From a virus, in the IMG/VR virus record IMGVR_UViG_3300045988_138000: a stretch of 64,000 bases of DNA; one strand, written 5' to 3'. A model generated the notes under the pieces. That model made no database searches. It was not told the origin of the DNA and worked only from the letters and a program-made list of their open reading frames with translations. Of this stretch, positions 8,885 to 19,001 are shown in pieces (position 1 is the first letter of the stretch; each line of letters begins with the position of its first letter). A program made the position numbers and the translations under genes.

Positions 8885-8897
8885 AACAACTTTATCA

Positions 8898-9062
8898 CTA
8901 CCCTTCTCGGTAGAAGTCGTCATTATCGCTAAACCGCGACTTGCTTGTGTCCTTCTTCTCGTCATCACCTGGCTCGGGCTTGCCGAACAGTGTGAGCAAA
9001 CAGGCAATGACGAAAGTACACAACATATAGATAAAAAACAAGTACACGATGAAATTCAACAT
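8898..9062 (-). CDS. small membrane protein (54 aa, below the ORF-track cutoff)
   Basis: Manual translation gives MLNFIVYLFFIYMLCTFVIACLLTLFGKPEPGDDEKKDTSKSRFSDNDDFYREG. It starts 7 nt after the stop of 9070..9663. Confidence 0.45.
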   Translation of the reverse strand: MLNFIVYLFFIYMLCTFVIACLLTLFGKPEPGDDEKKDTSKSRFSDNDDFYREG

Positions 9063-9069
9063 ACGCGTC

Positions 9070-9663
9070 CTAATCTTCGTCGCTGCCGTGGCTGCTCACG
9101 AGCGACGACTTGACATCATCATACATAGCCATTTCCAACTTCTCTCCGTCGTAATGACCAACAGCCAAGAGCTGTCCGTTCTCCTCGGTGGCAGAGTCGG
9201 CGGTGGTAGCAGACGCACGGATGATGAGAATGTCGAACTCACGTATCAGATTAGGCAGTTGCTCTAAGGGTATCTGCTCCATGAAGCTGCGGGCATGTTG
9301 TCGGATGCGCAATACATCAGCATCCGTCAGGGGCGCTCCCCTCTCCTCCTGGGCTTTACGGGCGGCTGCAACCTCTATCTCGATGCGCTTCTGCTCGTAA
9401 GCCTCGTTGATTAACTTAAAGTTCTGCCAGTCGCAAACTTTTTTCAGGAAACCTTCAAACAGGGCAGCGCCCAGTCCTAACTCCACCATGGCCAACGATT
9501 CCTCGATGAGAAGCATACGGTTCTTGACTTGCCAGAAAATGAGATTGCGCCGACTAAATTCGTCGATAATGGCAAAGGAGGCAGCCACGTTGCGAAGCTC
9601 ACGCTGCCGTGCTTTCTTGCTTATGCTTTTGCCCTTACTTTTTTTTCTGAATGGATTTTTCAT
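9070..9663 (-). CDS. hypothetical protein
   Basis: 197-aa ORF. The plus-strand ORFs over it are shorter and low-complexity. Confidence 0.7.
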   Translation of the reverse strand: MKNPFRKKSKGKSISKKARQRELRNVAASFAIIDEFSRRNLIFWQVKNRMLLIEESLAMVELGLGAALFEGFLKKVCDWQNFKLINEAYEQKRIEIEVAAARKAQEERGAPLTDADVLRIRQHARSFMEQIPLEQLPNLIREFDILIIRASATTADSATEENGQLLAVGHYDGEKLEMAMYDDVKSSLVSSHGSDED

Positions 9664-9943
9664 ATCTAATATTTTTAAAACGTTTTAAATAAGAACCCTT
9701 CTATTCTCACGAACCAAAGGGCGAAAGTATGAAATTCTTAAAAAACAACGATGCACAGACAAGCTGCGCTTTTTTTGATCTTTGTTCTCCAGCCCTTTCT
9801 CACGAGAGAGCTGGAGGAAATGTAACATTATAATTTCTTAAAAACCTAATACGGACCATTTCGCTAAATGGTACTAAGAACATTATATAAAAATTATATA
9901 GAAATGAATATAATAAGATAATTTCATTGATAAGGCGAGAAAA

Positions 9944-10258
9944 TTAGTGGGTGATAAACCTCGTGCCGTCAATCTCAAGCACCAGGATGTCGTTCACTAC
10001 CCTCACCTCGCCACTATCGACAAACTGCACCTTGCGCTGATGACGATTTACGTCAACAGACAGGCATACGCAGTTGCCTTCATCGACATGGCCTGTCTTG
10101 GTGAGAAACTTGATGTAGAACGGCACACGCTCCACCTTTCTCGCTGTCTGCGGATGTACGTAGCCTGTCACTACACGCCCGCTGCGTGGGTCTATCCATC
10201 GCCACTTCTCCGTGTAGCGACGTATCTCCGTATATGATTGTCGAGGTGTCTTATTCAT
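9944..10258 (-). CDS. hypothetical protein
   Basis: 104-aa ORF directly downstream of 10268..10942. Confidence 0.6.
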   Translation of the reverse strand: MNKTPRQSYTEIRRYTEKWRWIDPRSGRVVTGYVHPQTARKVERVPFYIKFLTKTGHVDEGNCVCLSVDVNRHQRKVQFVDSGEVRVVNDILVLEIDGTRFITH

Positions 10259-10267
10259 ATTCCTTCA

Positions 10268-10942
10268 TTATATATTGCCAAAATTGTGATGGTCGTGCGA
10301 GCTGTCCTCGCCCTCCTTATTCTTATAGGGTGGGAAGTCAGCCCGCAGAAAAGCCGCCAACTCTGCCTCGTTCACATCTCTTTTGTCCTTGTGCACGCGC
10401 TGTCGGTGTCGCAACACGTCGGGGAAGAGAATGTTCCTGATAGGATTGCCCCAGTCGAGGTCGTTGATGCTAAGACTGTAGTCGGGATAAAACATGAGTG
10501 TATAGCCCGACAACCTTCCGCTGGGTCGTTCCGTCATGTGCCCCTGCAGTATCAGCGCACGGGCATTGTTATACAATACCATGTGCGCCGCTACCGACGA
10601 CACATCGCCGTTAAAGGTGTAGAGTATCTTGTCCTTATAGTCCTTCAGATACTTATCCATCATGTCGTCTATGTTGCGCCCCGTCGAAAGAATGAGATGG
10701 GAAATCCAGTCTCGCTCAAAGCACTGCGCCAGGAATGCCAGCATCTCGTTGGAGACCACCGGCATCGCCAGTACAAGGACGTGCCGACTGATCATCTCAT
10801 AGCTGATGGCTCGATAGAACTTCTCTGCCGTCACGTCGCCGTGGGTATAGAAAGAAAGCATCCTGCGTGGAGCTTCCTTCATTGCCTTCGGCAACATCTT
10901 GTTCACACAGCAGGGAGGGATAAATAACAATGTGTCGTCCAT
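10268..10942 (-). CDS. hypothetical protein (directly downstream of the clamp gene)
   Basis: 224-aa ORF co-oriented with the replication genes. The antisense ORF 10238..10927 was judged spurious. Confidence 0.6.
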   Translation of the reverse strand: MDDTLLFIPPCCVNKMLPKAMKEAPRRMLSFYTHGDVTAEKFYRAISYEMISRHVLVLAMPVVSNEMLAFLAQCFERDWISHLILSTGRNIDDMMDKYLKDYKDKILYTFNGDVSSVAAHMVLYNNARALILQGHMTERPSGRLSGYTLMFYPDYSLSINDLDWGNPIRNILFPDVLRHRQRVHKDKRDVNEAELAAFLRADFPPYKNKEGEDSSHDHHNFGNI

Positions 10943-10963
10943 TTCTTCTTTTTCTAAAAGGGG

Positions 10964-12160
10964 TTATTCTTCAAGCAGTATAGGCATCAACAGCGTCAAC
11001 GTTGTCGGTGCTGGAGTGTTGGCTGTAAGTACTCCAGCACGGCTGGGGTCGGCGAGCTGAATGCGGATGGAATCGTCAGGAATGCCCGTTACGGTATCAA
11101 GCAGGTTATGGTAGTTGAAACCTATCGTAAATCCGTCGTTGCATTTGCTGTCCGTTATCAGCACCTGGTCTTCAGCTTTCTTGCTGAAGTCAATATCACT
11201 TGCGCAGATATTCAGGAACATTCCATCCTTCTTCAATGCCACGATATGGGAACTTGCACTACTGAAGAGCGCCACACGTTTGACGACAGAGATAAGTTCC
11301 TTCTTGTCAACGACCACGTAGTAGGGGTTATTGGTCGGGATGACAGACTTATAGTTGGGGTATTTGCCCTCCACGGCCTTGCACATGTACTCTATATCGT
11401 TGCCGGAAAAGAGGATAGCCTTTCCGTCGGTCTGGATGTCTATCTGTTCGCTGTCATCAAAGACAGACAATGTGCGGAAGAATGAGGAGTGGACCAATAT
11501 CTGTGTAGGTTCTCCACTGCGATAGAAATTGCTACCGCCAGTCTCGGGGTTGTTGCTGTGGGTCACCTTGAAAAGAATGCGTCCGTCGGTAGCGACAAAG
11601 ACCACTTCGCTGCGGTCCTCTGCTATATCGATGCACAGGGTGCTCAAGATAGGACGGAGGTCATCGTTGAGAACAAACTTGCCTGCCTTTGAAATGACTG
11701 ACTTAAAGACAGACGAAGGCAGAGAGATGTGCGTCTTCTCCTGATTGAGATCTCTCGCTTCTGGGAAGTCGTCGCCGGCAAAGAAGGGCAGAGAAATGTT
11801 GCCCGACTTCACATTGTCGCCATTATGAGTGCAATACTCAATATTCATCATGTGGCTTTCGTCTTCCGACAAGTCCATGGTGAGCACACACTCGGGAGGC
11901 AGAGTACCTAACAGGTTTGTGATGCTGACGATAGGCAATACGACGGGCTTAGAGAAGCTGCCCTCCACGATGTCGAGAGGCGCGGGGATGGTGAGCTGTG
12001 TATCGTCAGAGCCTGTGACGAAGAAGAATTTACCGTCCTTCTTGCTCTGTCGCAGAAGGACATCGGCAAGAAGGGCGACGGAAGGCTTGCTCTCAATGCC
12101 CTTTGCTGCCTTCTGCAGGGCTTGTCGAAGCAGAAGTACGGATGGAGTCTGTAATTTCAT
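10964..12160 (-). CDS. dnaN: DNA polymerase III beta sliding-clamp homolog
   Basis: 398 aa. Matches to conserved DnaN blocks: KPSVALLADVLL..FFFVTGSDDTQLTI (domain I), VFVATDGRILFKV (ATDGhRL block) and GFNYHNLLDTV. Confidence 0.85.
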   Translation of the reverse strand: MKLQTPSVLLLRQALQKAAKGIESKPSVALLADVLLRQSKKDGKFFFVTGSDDTQLTIPAPLDIVEGSFSKPVVLPIVSITNLLGTLPPECVLTMDLSEDESHMMNIEYCTHNGDNVKSGNISLPFFAGDDFPEARDLNQEKTHISLPSSVFKSVISKAGKFVLNDDLRPILSTLCIDIAEDRSEVVFVATDGRILFKVTHSNNPETGGSNFYRSGEPTQILVHSSFFRTLSVFDDSEQIDIQTDGKAILFSGNDIEYMCKAVEGKYPNYKSVIPTNNPYYVVVDKKELISVVKRVALFSSASSHIVALKKDGMFLNICASDIDFSKKAEDQVLITDSKCNDGFTIGFNYHNLLDTVTGIPDDSIRIQLADPSRAGVLTANTPAPTTLTLLMPILLEE

Positions 12161-12298
12161 ATACTGAATGTTTTATATTTTTACTAAGGAAAGAGTGAGG
12201 AGTCCGCTCTGCAATTCTGAAGGGGAAAGCATCCTTCGCAGAAACAGAGTCGGACTGCCTCGTCAAACAACTAAAGATTAGAAAATGAATATTCTTTT

Positions 12299-12907
12299 TT
12301 AGAATGGCAGGTCGTCGGGATTCATATCCGCATCTGGTACAAACGGATCGGAAGAGCCGTCGGCTGGTGGTACGTAAGTATTGGCGCCGTTGACTGCCGA
12401 ATAAGCCTGTGTAGGATAAGGCTGGCTGTTGCCTGTCGACTGTGGCTGGTATAATTGTGCGATACGCTTGTTCATCCTGGCACGGATAGCCTTGAAGAGA
12501 TGAGTGTTCTCATCATTGAAATTTTCATTCACGATGTTGGGATCTTTCTCTTTGTTGGCCTCTTTCACCTGCTCTACCAACTTAGGGAAGTTTTTAGCGA
12601 TAGCCTTGATATAGTCTACTGAGAAAGACAGTTGCATCTCGTGTGTAGGAACACTCACGTTACTGTCGCCTCGCTCCTGAGCAGACTGGCGCACCTTGTT
12701 CTTGTACTGTTCGTTGAAAGGCCAAATGTTCACTCTCAACTTAGCCATTTGTCTGTTTGCGTCATTCTTCGACACTTCCACTCTAATCTCGTTGAGGTCA
12801 CAAGGAATACAAACGTAGGGTCTTTGTGGATTTTTCGCATCGATACCTACAAGCACCTGTGTGCCATTCAACGATAACAAATCAATATTACCATTATAGC
12901 TTGCCAT
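12299..12907 (-). CDS. putative single-stranded DNA-binding protein (non-canonical body, SSB-type acidic C-terminal tip)
   Basis: Sits between the clamp and primase-helicase genes. It has a Gln/Pro-rich linker and ends in DADMNPDDLPF, like the bacterial SSB DDDIPF tip. Confidence 0.55.
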   Translation of the reverse strand: MASYNGNIDLLSLNGTQVLVGIDAKNPQRPYVCIPCDLNEIRVEVSKNDANRQMAKLRVNIWPFNEQYKNKVRQSAQERGDSNVSVPTHEMQLSFSVDYIKAIAKNFPKLVEQVKEANKEKDPNIVNENFNDENTHLFKAIRARMNKRIAQLYQPQSTGNSQPYPTQAYSAVNGANTYVPPADGSSDPFVPDADMNPDDLPF

Positions 12908-12956
12908 AATTTATTGTTTTTATGTTGTTAAAAAATTAATATCCTTTCCGATTCTG

Positions 12957-15900
12957 TCAGAATGGTAGACCATTGTCTTCCATCTTGGGTACCTGTTCCG
13001 CCAGGTTACTGCCATTGTTGGCGTTCTGATTACCTGTTCTTCTGCCCTGTCGACGGGAAACGAAAGTCTTCCATCGTTCTTCCTCCTCGGTGGTGAGTGT
13101 GATGATGTTGCCATCGTCATCACGGTAAGGCAATGGGTCTGGTCCCTCGACATATTCTTTTGCCATCCGTTTCAGGTCATCGTAATTGTCGGGTATATGG
13201 TCTTTACCTGAACGGAAGAAGAAATACACGTGCTTGCTGGTTTCCACCTTTCGGATGTATTTCGGCTCTACGGTATCGTCGTTCTCCCACTCCTTGCCGA
13301 CGAAGTATTCCTTCGTTACCCATGCACGGAGCTTAAAGCATCCATGCCGCTTGTTGTCCTCGCTCACCAGAAGGTGTTCGGGATTCACAATGATATTCAT
13401 GTTCTTGCAGTACTTGCGTATCTTCTTCTTGAAGGTGGCACGGCTATATTCCTTGCTCTTACCTTCGGAAGCATCCGCCCAATCGCGCATGAACTCATTA
13501 AACATCTCATCGGTACAGATAGGCGCGGCATACACCTCCTGCCGGGCAAAGAACCACTCAAAGTACTTCACGGAGTTCTCGGTCAGCTCTCTTACCATCA
13601 GTCGGCGCTGTACGTTCTTCTGCGGTGCGATGACGAACTCATGATATTTCATGATAAACTGCACGGACAAGGCACAGATGTATATCGCCTGGTTGCGGTC
13701 GTATTCATTCAACTGCTCGGGGTCAGTAGCGAGATTTTTCATGACCTCCTGTGGTGATCGGGCCAACTGATGCTGCATGTGGTTCGCACGACAGAAGCGG
13801 TCGGATAAAGACACCAAGGGGAAACGTCCGATCGTCGACGAGTCATCATCACTCAACTGCGAATTGCTGGTAATCACGTTGACAGGTGAGTCCTCCAACT
13901 TGAGTGTCACCGGGTCACCAAACTTTCGCTCTATCATCGCTCCTGCTGTAACCTTGTTGTAGAAGTACTTCATCGGGAATGAAGCAGGCTTATCTTCCCA
14001 ATGTATCAACCTATACTTACCTGGATATATCAGGAGGTTGGAAAGACTGAACTGGGCATTATTGATAGTCGTAAAATTCTTCATGTCGACACGCAGGACG
14101 TTGATAGCCGAAGCAACAAACGTGTTGACCAACAGCGATTTTCCAGAGCCGCCACTCGCCTCTTTCTCGTCTTCCACCTGATCTTCCAAGAGGTAAGGAC
14201 AGACACTCTGCATGTCCTTCCAGGAGCGATAGCAGATACGGCCAATGCAGGAAATCATGTTAGCGAAATGAGAATTGATGGTAGCCACTGCGGTGGAGTC
14301 CAATTCTTTCTTGTTGCGTATGGCATCCTGCTCCAGTCGCCATAATGTATTGGAACAGCCGCGTATGACTCGCAATACAGGCCACAGCTCTTTCTCCTGC
14401 TTGCCGTGCCAGTCAACTTGCCACCTGAAGGTCTGCGCCCATTCGCTTAACTCAACGCGCATCTGCGTGATTTCCTCGTTGCTGAAAACAGGCGATCCGT
14501 CCTCATTGCGCATGACCGCCTTTTGGTCAATAGCACTTTTGCGGTCGAGATATTCCTGACTCTCACTGATGGTGAAAGGCGCATGAAACACCCTCATCGT
14601 GAAGTCGTAAGGCTTCTTTGCCAAAGCTGGGATGAAGAAGTTGATATGGTCGTAACTGACAGGAGTGATGGCCTCCGGCGTGATTTTCAATGCCACGTTG
14701 CGGAAGAAGAAATATTCCATCCGCTCATTGAAAGACTCGTTGAAGTCAATGACCATCGACTGCAAACCTCCAGCCGATTTCTCTGAGAAGTTTTTGTCGA
14801 TAAGGTTGGCTGCATCCGACATCATGCGCTGTTCCTCATCGTTATATCGCCAACTTTGCTCGATAAACTCAAGGAGTTTGGTCTTCACAGCCTGGATAAT
14901 GCTCTTCGAGTCGATATACTCTACGAAGCATCGGTCAAGGTGTATGAATTGGCCCACGAGGTCGGTGCTCTCAGGGTCTATCATTCGATAATAGCCTAAC
15001 GAGGTCATAAAAAGCCACACCTTTGTAGGACTTACCTTACAGGTCGGTGGCTTGGGCTTACCGCTTCTTGGGTCACGGGGATATTCTATCTCGAAAGGGT
15101 CGGTATTGTTGGCACCGCGCAATTTTGAATACAGAGGCAAACGAATATCATGATCGAAACGGAAATTATCTGCATCGGTCATGCGAAACGTCAACATATA
15201 ATCGCGTACACTACGAGGGGAACAGCCATAGAGCCACTGCCATCGCTGGTTATATCTCACCCTGAAAGCATCAGGCAACATCGCATAACAAAGATCGCTA
15301 TACTTGGTGGCAATAGCACCGCAGTCGCGCTGACTGCTGATGTCGTTAGGGTATAGCATGATGATTTTTTCGGCGAAACGCTTCATCTTCTGGTACTGCA
15401 CAGCGTTGAAGTCCAGTTTCTCCTGTCGCCACTGACCGCGGTCGATATACCAGAAGTTTCTTCTTCCTACTGAGAAGGCTACATGATACCAGCATTTCTG
15501 CTGAAAATGAGTGTCGCCATCTTTATCCTTACGAAGGGACCGCATGGCATAATAGATGCTGATTGCATCCTCGGGAGTCCGGCAGAAAATGATGTTCTGC
15601 GCCTTGATGGCTGCTGCCGGAATTTCTTCGTCTTCCTGGTGGAAAGTACCTTTTGGCGTACCGTCCTTCAATTCATTCTCCACCCATATTTTTTTGTTTT
15701 CGGTGTAGACTTCATCGGGCTGCCACTTACTGATGGCAGCATGGACGCCCGTCGTGTTGGAGTCACGATGGTCCATGGCGTAAGTGAACACCTTGTCGCC
15801 CATCAGCCACCGGCTTACTTTTTTGACGGAGTGCTCTTCGGTAGTGGAAAAGACGATGGGGGACTGCTGCATGGCAGGACGGAAAAGGCAACCGCAAGAG

Positions 15901-16637
15901 CCCTGCGGCGCAATCACATCAGTAGCAAAACAGACAAAGAGGGGATTCCATGGCGTGCCATAAATAACCTCGCTTACCTGCTTGCCATCTCTTACGGCAT
16001 TAGGTAATGTCACTTGGTCAACCGCATAGATACGAAAATCGTCATTCAACATCTTTGTGTTGAAATCCCGACCGAAACCGAAAGAAGGCAAGCCTTTTAC
16101 CATTGTCACCTCGCAGCCCAAAGCAGCCAGTTCCTGTGGATTAAAATCAACCTTTGGGATAAAAGAAAAGGTGTCAATATTCTGCACGGCAATGGTGCGA
16201 TAGTCCATCTTGGAGAAGAGCATAGGATATTTCGCCCTCACGTTCTCAGCATCGCCGTACACTCTTACCACAAGATCGTGGCAAAGACGGAGCAGACTGG
16301 CTCCGTGCATAGGCAGATTGCGCATGGCAGCATATAGTTCCAGGGCTCCATATCCATGTTTGCCGGTCTTGGTACACATCCACCTCACGGCACCATGCTC
16401 TGCCTGTCTGTCATCATCCACCCCTACACCATTATAGAGACCACCTCGCTCGTCCTTATAAATAATAAGGTGCGGTGTCTGTTTCGCTTTGCTTCCGGCA
16501 TCGTCATTAGCTGCCTCCTTCTGGCAGAAGGGACAGAAACAAGCTGTCTGTCCCTCGATACACTGGTTCTCGGCAGGCTTCACGAGAAAAGTCATGTCGA
16601 GATTGGCAAGCTGGTTGATGATAGGATGAAATAACAT
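12957..16637 (-). CDS. primase / SF3 (D5/P4-type) helicase fusion protein
   Basis: 1226 aa with an N-terminal Cys cluster (CFCPFCQKE) and Walker A EASGGSGKSLLVNTF at about two-thirds of its length. Ends in EDNGLPF. Confidence 0.75.
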   Translation of the reverse strand: MLFHPIINQLANLDMTFLVKPAENQCIEGQTACFCPFCQKEAANDDAGSKAKQTPHLIIYKDERGGLYNGVGVDDDRQAEHGAVRWMCTKTGKHGYGALELYAAMRNLPMHGASLLRLCHDLVVRVYGDAENVRAKYPMLFSKMDYRTIAVQNIDTFSFIPKVDFNPQELAALGCEVTMVKGLPSFGFGRDFNTKMLNDDFRIYAVDQVTLPNAVRDGKQVSEVIYGTPWNPLFVCFATDVIAPQGSCGCLFRPAMQQSPIVFSTTEEHSVKKVSRWLMGDKVFTYAMDHRDSNTTGVHAAISKWQPDEVYTENKKIWVENELKDGTPKGTFHQEDEEIPAAAIKAQNIIFCRTPEDAISIYYAMRSLRKDKDGDTHFQQKCWYHVAFSVGRRNFWYIDRGQWRQEKLDFNAVQYQKMKRFAEKIIMLYPNDISSQRDCGAIATKYSDLCYAMLPDAFRVRYNQRWQWLYGCSPRSVRDYMLTFRMTDADNFRFDHDIRLPLYSKLRGANNTDPFEIEYPRDPRSGKPKPPTCKVSPTKVWLFMTSLGYYRMIDPESTDLVGQFIHLDRCFVEYIDSKSIIQAVKTKLLEFIEQSWRYNDEEQRMMSDAANLIDKNFSEKSAGGLQSMVIDFNESFNERMEYFFFRNVALKITPEAITPVSYDHINFFIPALAKKPYDFTMRVFHAPFTISESQEYLDRKSAIDQKAVMRNEDGSPVFSNEEITQMRVELSEWAQTFRWQVDWHGKQEKELWPVLRVIRGCSNTLWRLEQDAIRNKKELDSTAVATINSHFANMISCIGRICYRSWKDMQSVCPYLLEDQVEDEKEASGGSGKSLLVNTFVASAINVLRVDMKNFTTINNAQFSLSNLLIYPGKYRLIHWEDKPASFPMKYFYNKVTAGAMIERKFGDPVTLKLEDSPVNVITSNSQLSDDDSSTIGRFPLVSLSDRFCRANHMQHQLARSPQEVMKNLATDPEQLNEYDRNQAIYICALSVQFIMKYHEFVIAPQKNVQRRLMVRELTENSVKYFEWFFARQEVYAAPICTDEMFNEFMRDWADASEGKSKEYSRATFKKKIRKYCKNMNIIVNPEHLLVSEDNKRHGCFKLRAWVTKEYFVGKEWENDDTVEPKYIRKVETSKHVYFFFRSGKDHIPDNYDDLKRMAKEYVEGPDPLPYRDDDGNIITLTTEEEERWKTFVSRRQGRRTGNQNANNGSNLAEQVPKMEDNGLPF

Positions 16638-17167
16638 ATCTCGTTGTTAGTATATATTAGTTAAAAGAAAGAAAAACCGACCGAAGCGGACAGGCAAAAC
16701 TTTTAGAGACAACCATCGTCTTGGCTCATACACGAAGGCAAATGAATCAAAGATACTTTCTATCTTCAAGAATCCACTGTACTCCGCATATTTCCGAGGT
16801 CGTAGTGTACTTTCGTACTCTACTCCAGAGCTTTCGACAATGGTATATGAGTGAAGCCGCGGACATTTCTGTTACCGCTATCCGCTTCCATGGCTGAGGT
16901 CGGTCTTTCGTTTCTTTTCATATTTTTTCTTCTTAAAAGGAAAGGCAACAGCGATGCGCCAAACTTCAGAGTTGAACAACACTTTTTGATGCAGGTTTTC
17001 ATGACTATTCTCTCAGGCTTACCTACCTCGTTTTGTGCTGCCGTATGATTATCAGAGAGGTATTGCTACACTCTCCATCGCTGCGCCTTCCCCGTGAGTG
17101 GGACTCGCTCTAAGAACAAATCCCTATATATATGGAACACGATATGGCAAAAACGTGTTTAGGGCTT

Positions 17168-17662
17168 TTATAAATTCAGAAATGTTTCCAGCCGATAGTG
17201 CCGGACGGTGCAGTTGCATATCGCCTGGCACTTATATACAAGCAAGCGAGTGAACTCTGTAAGCGAGATAAACTGCTCGTCAAGTCCTATTATCTGCACT
17301 TCCGTTCTCCAGTAGCACTTCCTATTCTTCCATCGGCAGGAATGACTCTCCATGATGCGCAAGTCTTTCACTCTGCCCGCCATCAGGGGATAGAAGTATT
17401 GGCATACATCTTTCAGGAGCTCAAACGGCGCATAGAACAATAAGGTGGGTATCTCGTCATCCAATCCTCTCTTCGTCTCTGTGTAGGCGAGACGATGCAG
17501 GAAGTTGTGTTTGGAATGGCGTCCAGCCTTGGATATATTCTTGCGGTTGGGAACGTATGGCATCCACAGATAATCCTTTCGTATGATTTTTGCCACGGCT
17601 ACATTTCTGTTTGCAAACGACAAGAACTGAACGCATCGTGTACCATTCCCATCATCTTCCAT
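17168..17662 (-). CDS. hypothetical protein (start uncertain; overlaps the exonuclease 3' end)
   Basis: 164-aa ORF. An internal Met at ~17566 would remove the 64-nt overlap. Confidence 0.5.
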   Translation of the reverse strand: MEDDGNGTRCVQFLSFANRNVAVAKIIRKDYLWMPYVPNRKNISKAGRHSKHNFLHRLAYTETKRGLDDEIPTLLFYAPFELLKDVCQYFYPLMAGRVKDLRIMESHSCRWKNRKCYWRTEVQIIGLDEQFISLTEFTRLLVYKCQAICNCTVRHYRLETFLNL

Positions 17663-18306
17663 GTGGAAAGAATGCTGCGCTTACAATCATATATGGGAGA
17701 ATGGGTAGCCCCGTTGTTCAGTCCGTAGATAACGAAATCGGTCTCTCTTTCGTCCGTAAGCGCATAAGCTTTATCTGTTGTAAACTCTTCTTCGTCCGAG
17801 ATGAAACAACGAGCCATCTCCAAATAGTAAGTACGATGGTCACGAAAATTGGTGTGCTTAATGCCGAAGCGAAGCCCCATCTTGTGACAGATGTTGCGCA
17901 GTATCGCCACGTCAAAGTCGGTGCCCTGCGCCCAGAGATAAATCTCGTCTTCGTGAAGTTTCGTGCGGGTGTCCTCCATCCAGTCCATGAGGTCCTTTAC
18001 AACCACGTCGATGGGCTGGCAGGGGCAATCCTCGCTGTCGTTGTCAAGAAGGGCTGCCTTTGCTTCGTCATTCTGACGAGCCCACCAGTCTGCCGTACTC
18101 TGATCGAAGGTAAAGCCGTTCAGAAACTCGCTTCTCAAGTCTACATGTTCGGTAAACTCAGGAAAACTCAATCTACCGTCATTCTCGCCGAAGAATGGAC
18201 TTCTGTCACCATTCCGATCCCATGCCACTGCCGCAATACTCATTACTGCAGCAGTGGGGGCAAGCGAACACGTTTCAAGATCTACTGTAATATCAATCAT
18301 TTGCAA
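17599..18306 (-). CDS. DEDDh-type 3'-5' exonuclease
   Basis: Exo I ITVDLETCS, Exo II WAQGTDFDVAIL, Exo III GATHSPIYDC. Confidence 0.8.
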   Translation of the reverse strand: MQMIDITVDLETCSLAPTAAVMSIAAVAWDRNGDRSPFFGENDGRLSFPEFTEHVDLRSEFLNGFTFDQSTADWWARQNDEAKAALLDNDSEDCPCQPIDVVVKDLMDWMEDTRTKLHEDEIYLWAQGTDFDVAILRNICHKMGLRFGIKHTNFRDHRTYYLEMARCFISDEEEFTTDKAYALTDERETDFVIYGLNNGATHSPIYDCKRSILSTWKMMGMVHDAFSSCRLQTEM

Positions 18307-18347
18307 TTAAAACTCTATATATTATAATAAAGGTATAAGAAATCTTC

Positions 18348-18836
18348 TTACTTACTCATATACTCCCTCAGTAAAGAGGTGATGCCCTCCTGCTCCCAAG
18401 GTTTCCAATCATCGGAACTGAAGCGCTTGATGGTAACACCCATGCACATGCCTTTGTCTTGCATAAATCGGAAGAAACGAGTGCAAAGTCCCTTCTCTTT
18501 TTTCAGACAGGCATAGAACACACCAGGCTCGTCGCTACAAGCCATGTCATAGAGAGATTTTCCTTCTCCGTCATTGTCAGTATCAGGCGCAGTCTCGTGG
18601 CTCTTCAGTACTTCAGCTATTTCGGGGATAGACAGGAACTGGCGTTTGCACTCCTTTGTTCCCATAATCTCCCAAAGAGAAAAGCCCTTCTGAAAGAACC
18701 GCAGATAGAAGGTTGGACTGGTAAATCCTTTCTCAAGTAAGAAGCTCGATAAATGCTTCTTTTCATCGGGCGTCATGTCTTTGACATCTAACGCAGTACT
18801 TGGGATAGAGATTTTTTCTATATTTTCCTTTGTCAT
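18348..18836 (-). CDS. hypothetical protein
   Basis: Start moved to MTKENIEK (ATG at 18836). A TAAATTTG -7 box lies 27 nt upstream. Confidence 0.65.
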   Translation of the reverse strand: MTKENIEKISIPSTALDVKDMTPDEKKHLSSFLLEKGFTSPTFYLRFFQKGFSLWEIMGTKECKRQFLSIPEIAEVLKSHETAPDTDNDGEGKSLYDMACSDEPGVFYACLKKEKGLCTRFFRFMQDKGMCMGVTIKRFSSDDWKPWEQEGITSLLREYMSK

Positions 18837-18862
18837 TTGAAATCTTTTGATTAAATTTGTTG

Positions 18863-18870
18863 CAAATTTA
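18863..18870 (-). promoter_or_regulatory. Bacteroidota-type -7 box (TAAATTTG on the minus strand)
   Basis: Part of the block 18859-18909, which is shared with 8709-8760. Confidence 0.5.
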
Positions 18871-18896
18871 AGAATTAAAACCGAAACTATAATATA

Positions 18897-18983
18897 TCTC
18901 GGGTATTTTCTTTCTTTAATTTGCAAGATTTAACTTATCCGAGGTATTTTGAGATAAATAACGGCGAATAGCCGAGGTGTAAT
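18897..18983. promoter_or_regulatory. three operator-like repeats in the divergent control region
   Basis: tctcgggtatttt (18897), tatccgaggtatttt (18936) and tagccgaggtgtaat (18969). The first also occurs at 8748-8760. Confidence 0.45.
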
Positions 18984-19001
18984 ATTATAATTTTAACAAT
19001 T

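Noticed and set aside
12920-13153. 77-aa ORF overlapping the 3' end of the primase-helicase gene
   Set aside because: It is out of frame within a strongly supported 1226-aa CDS and has poor composition.
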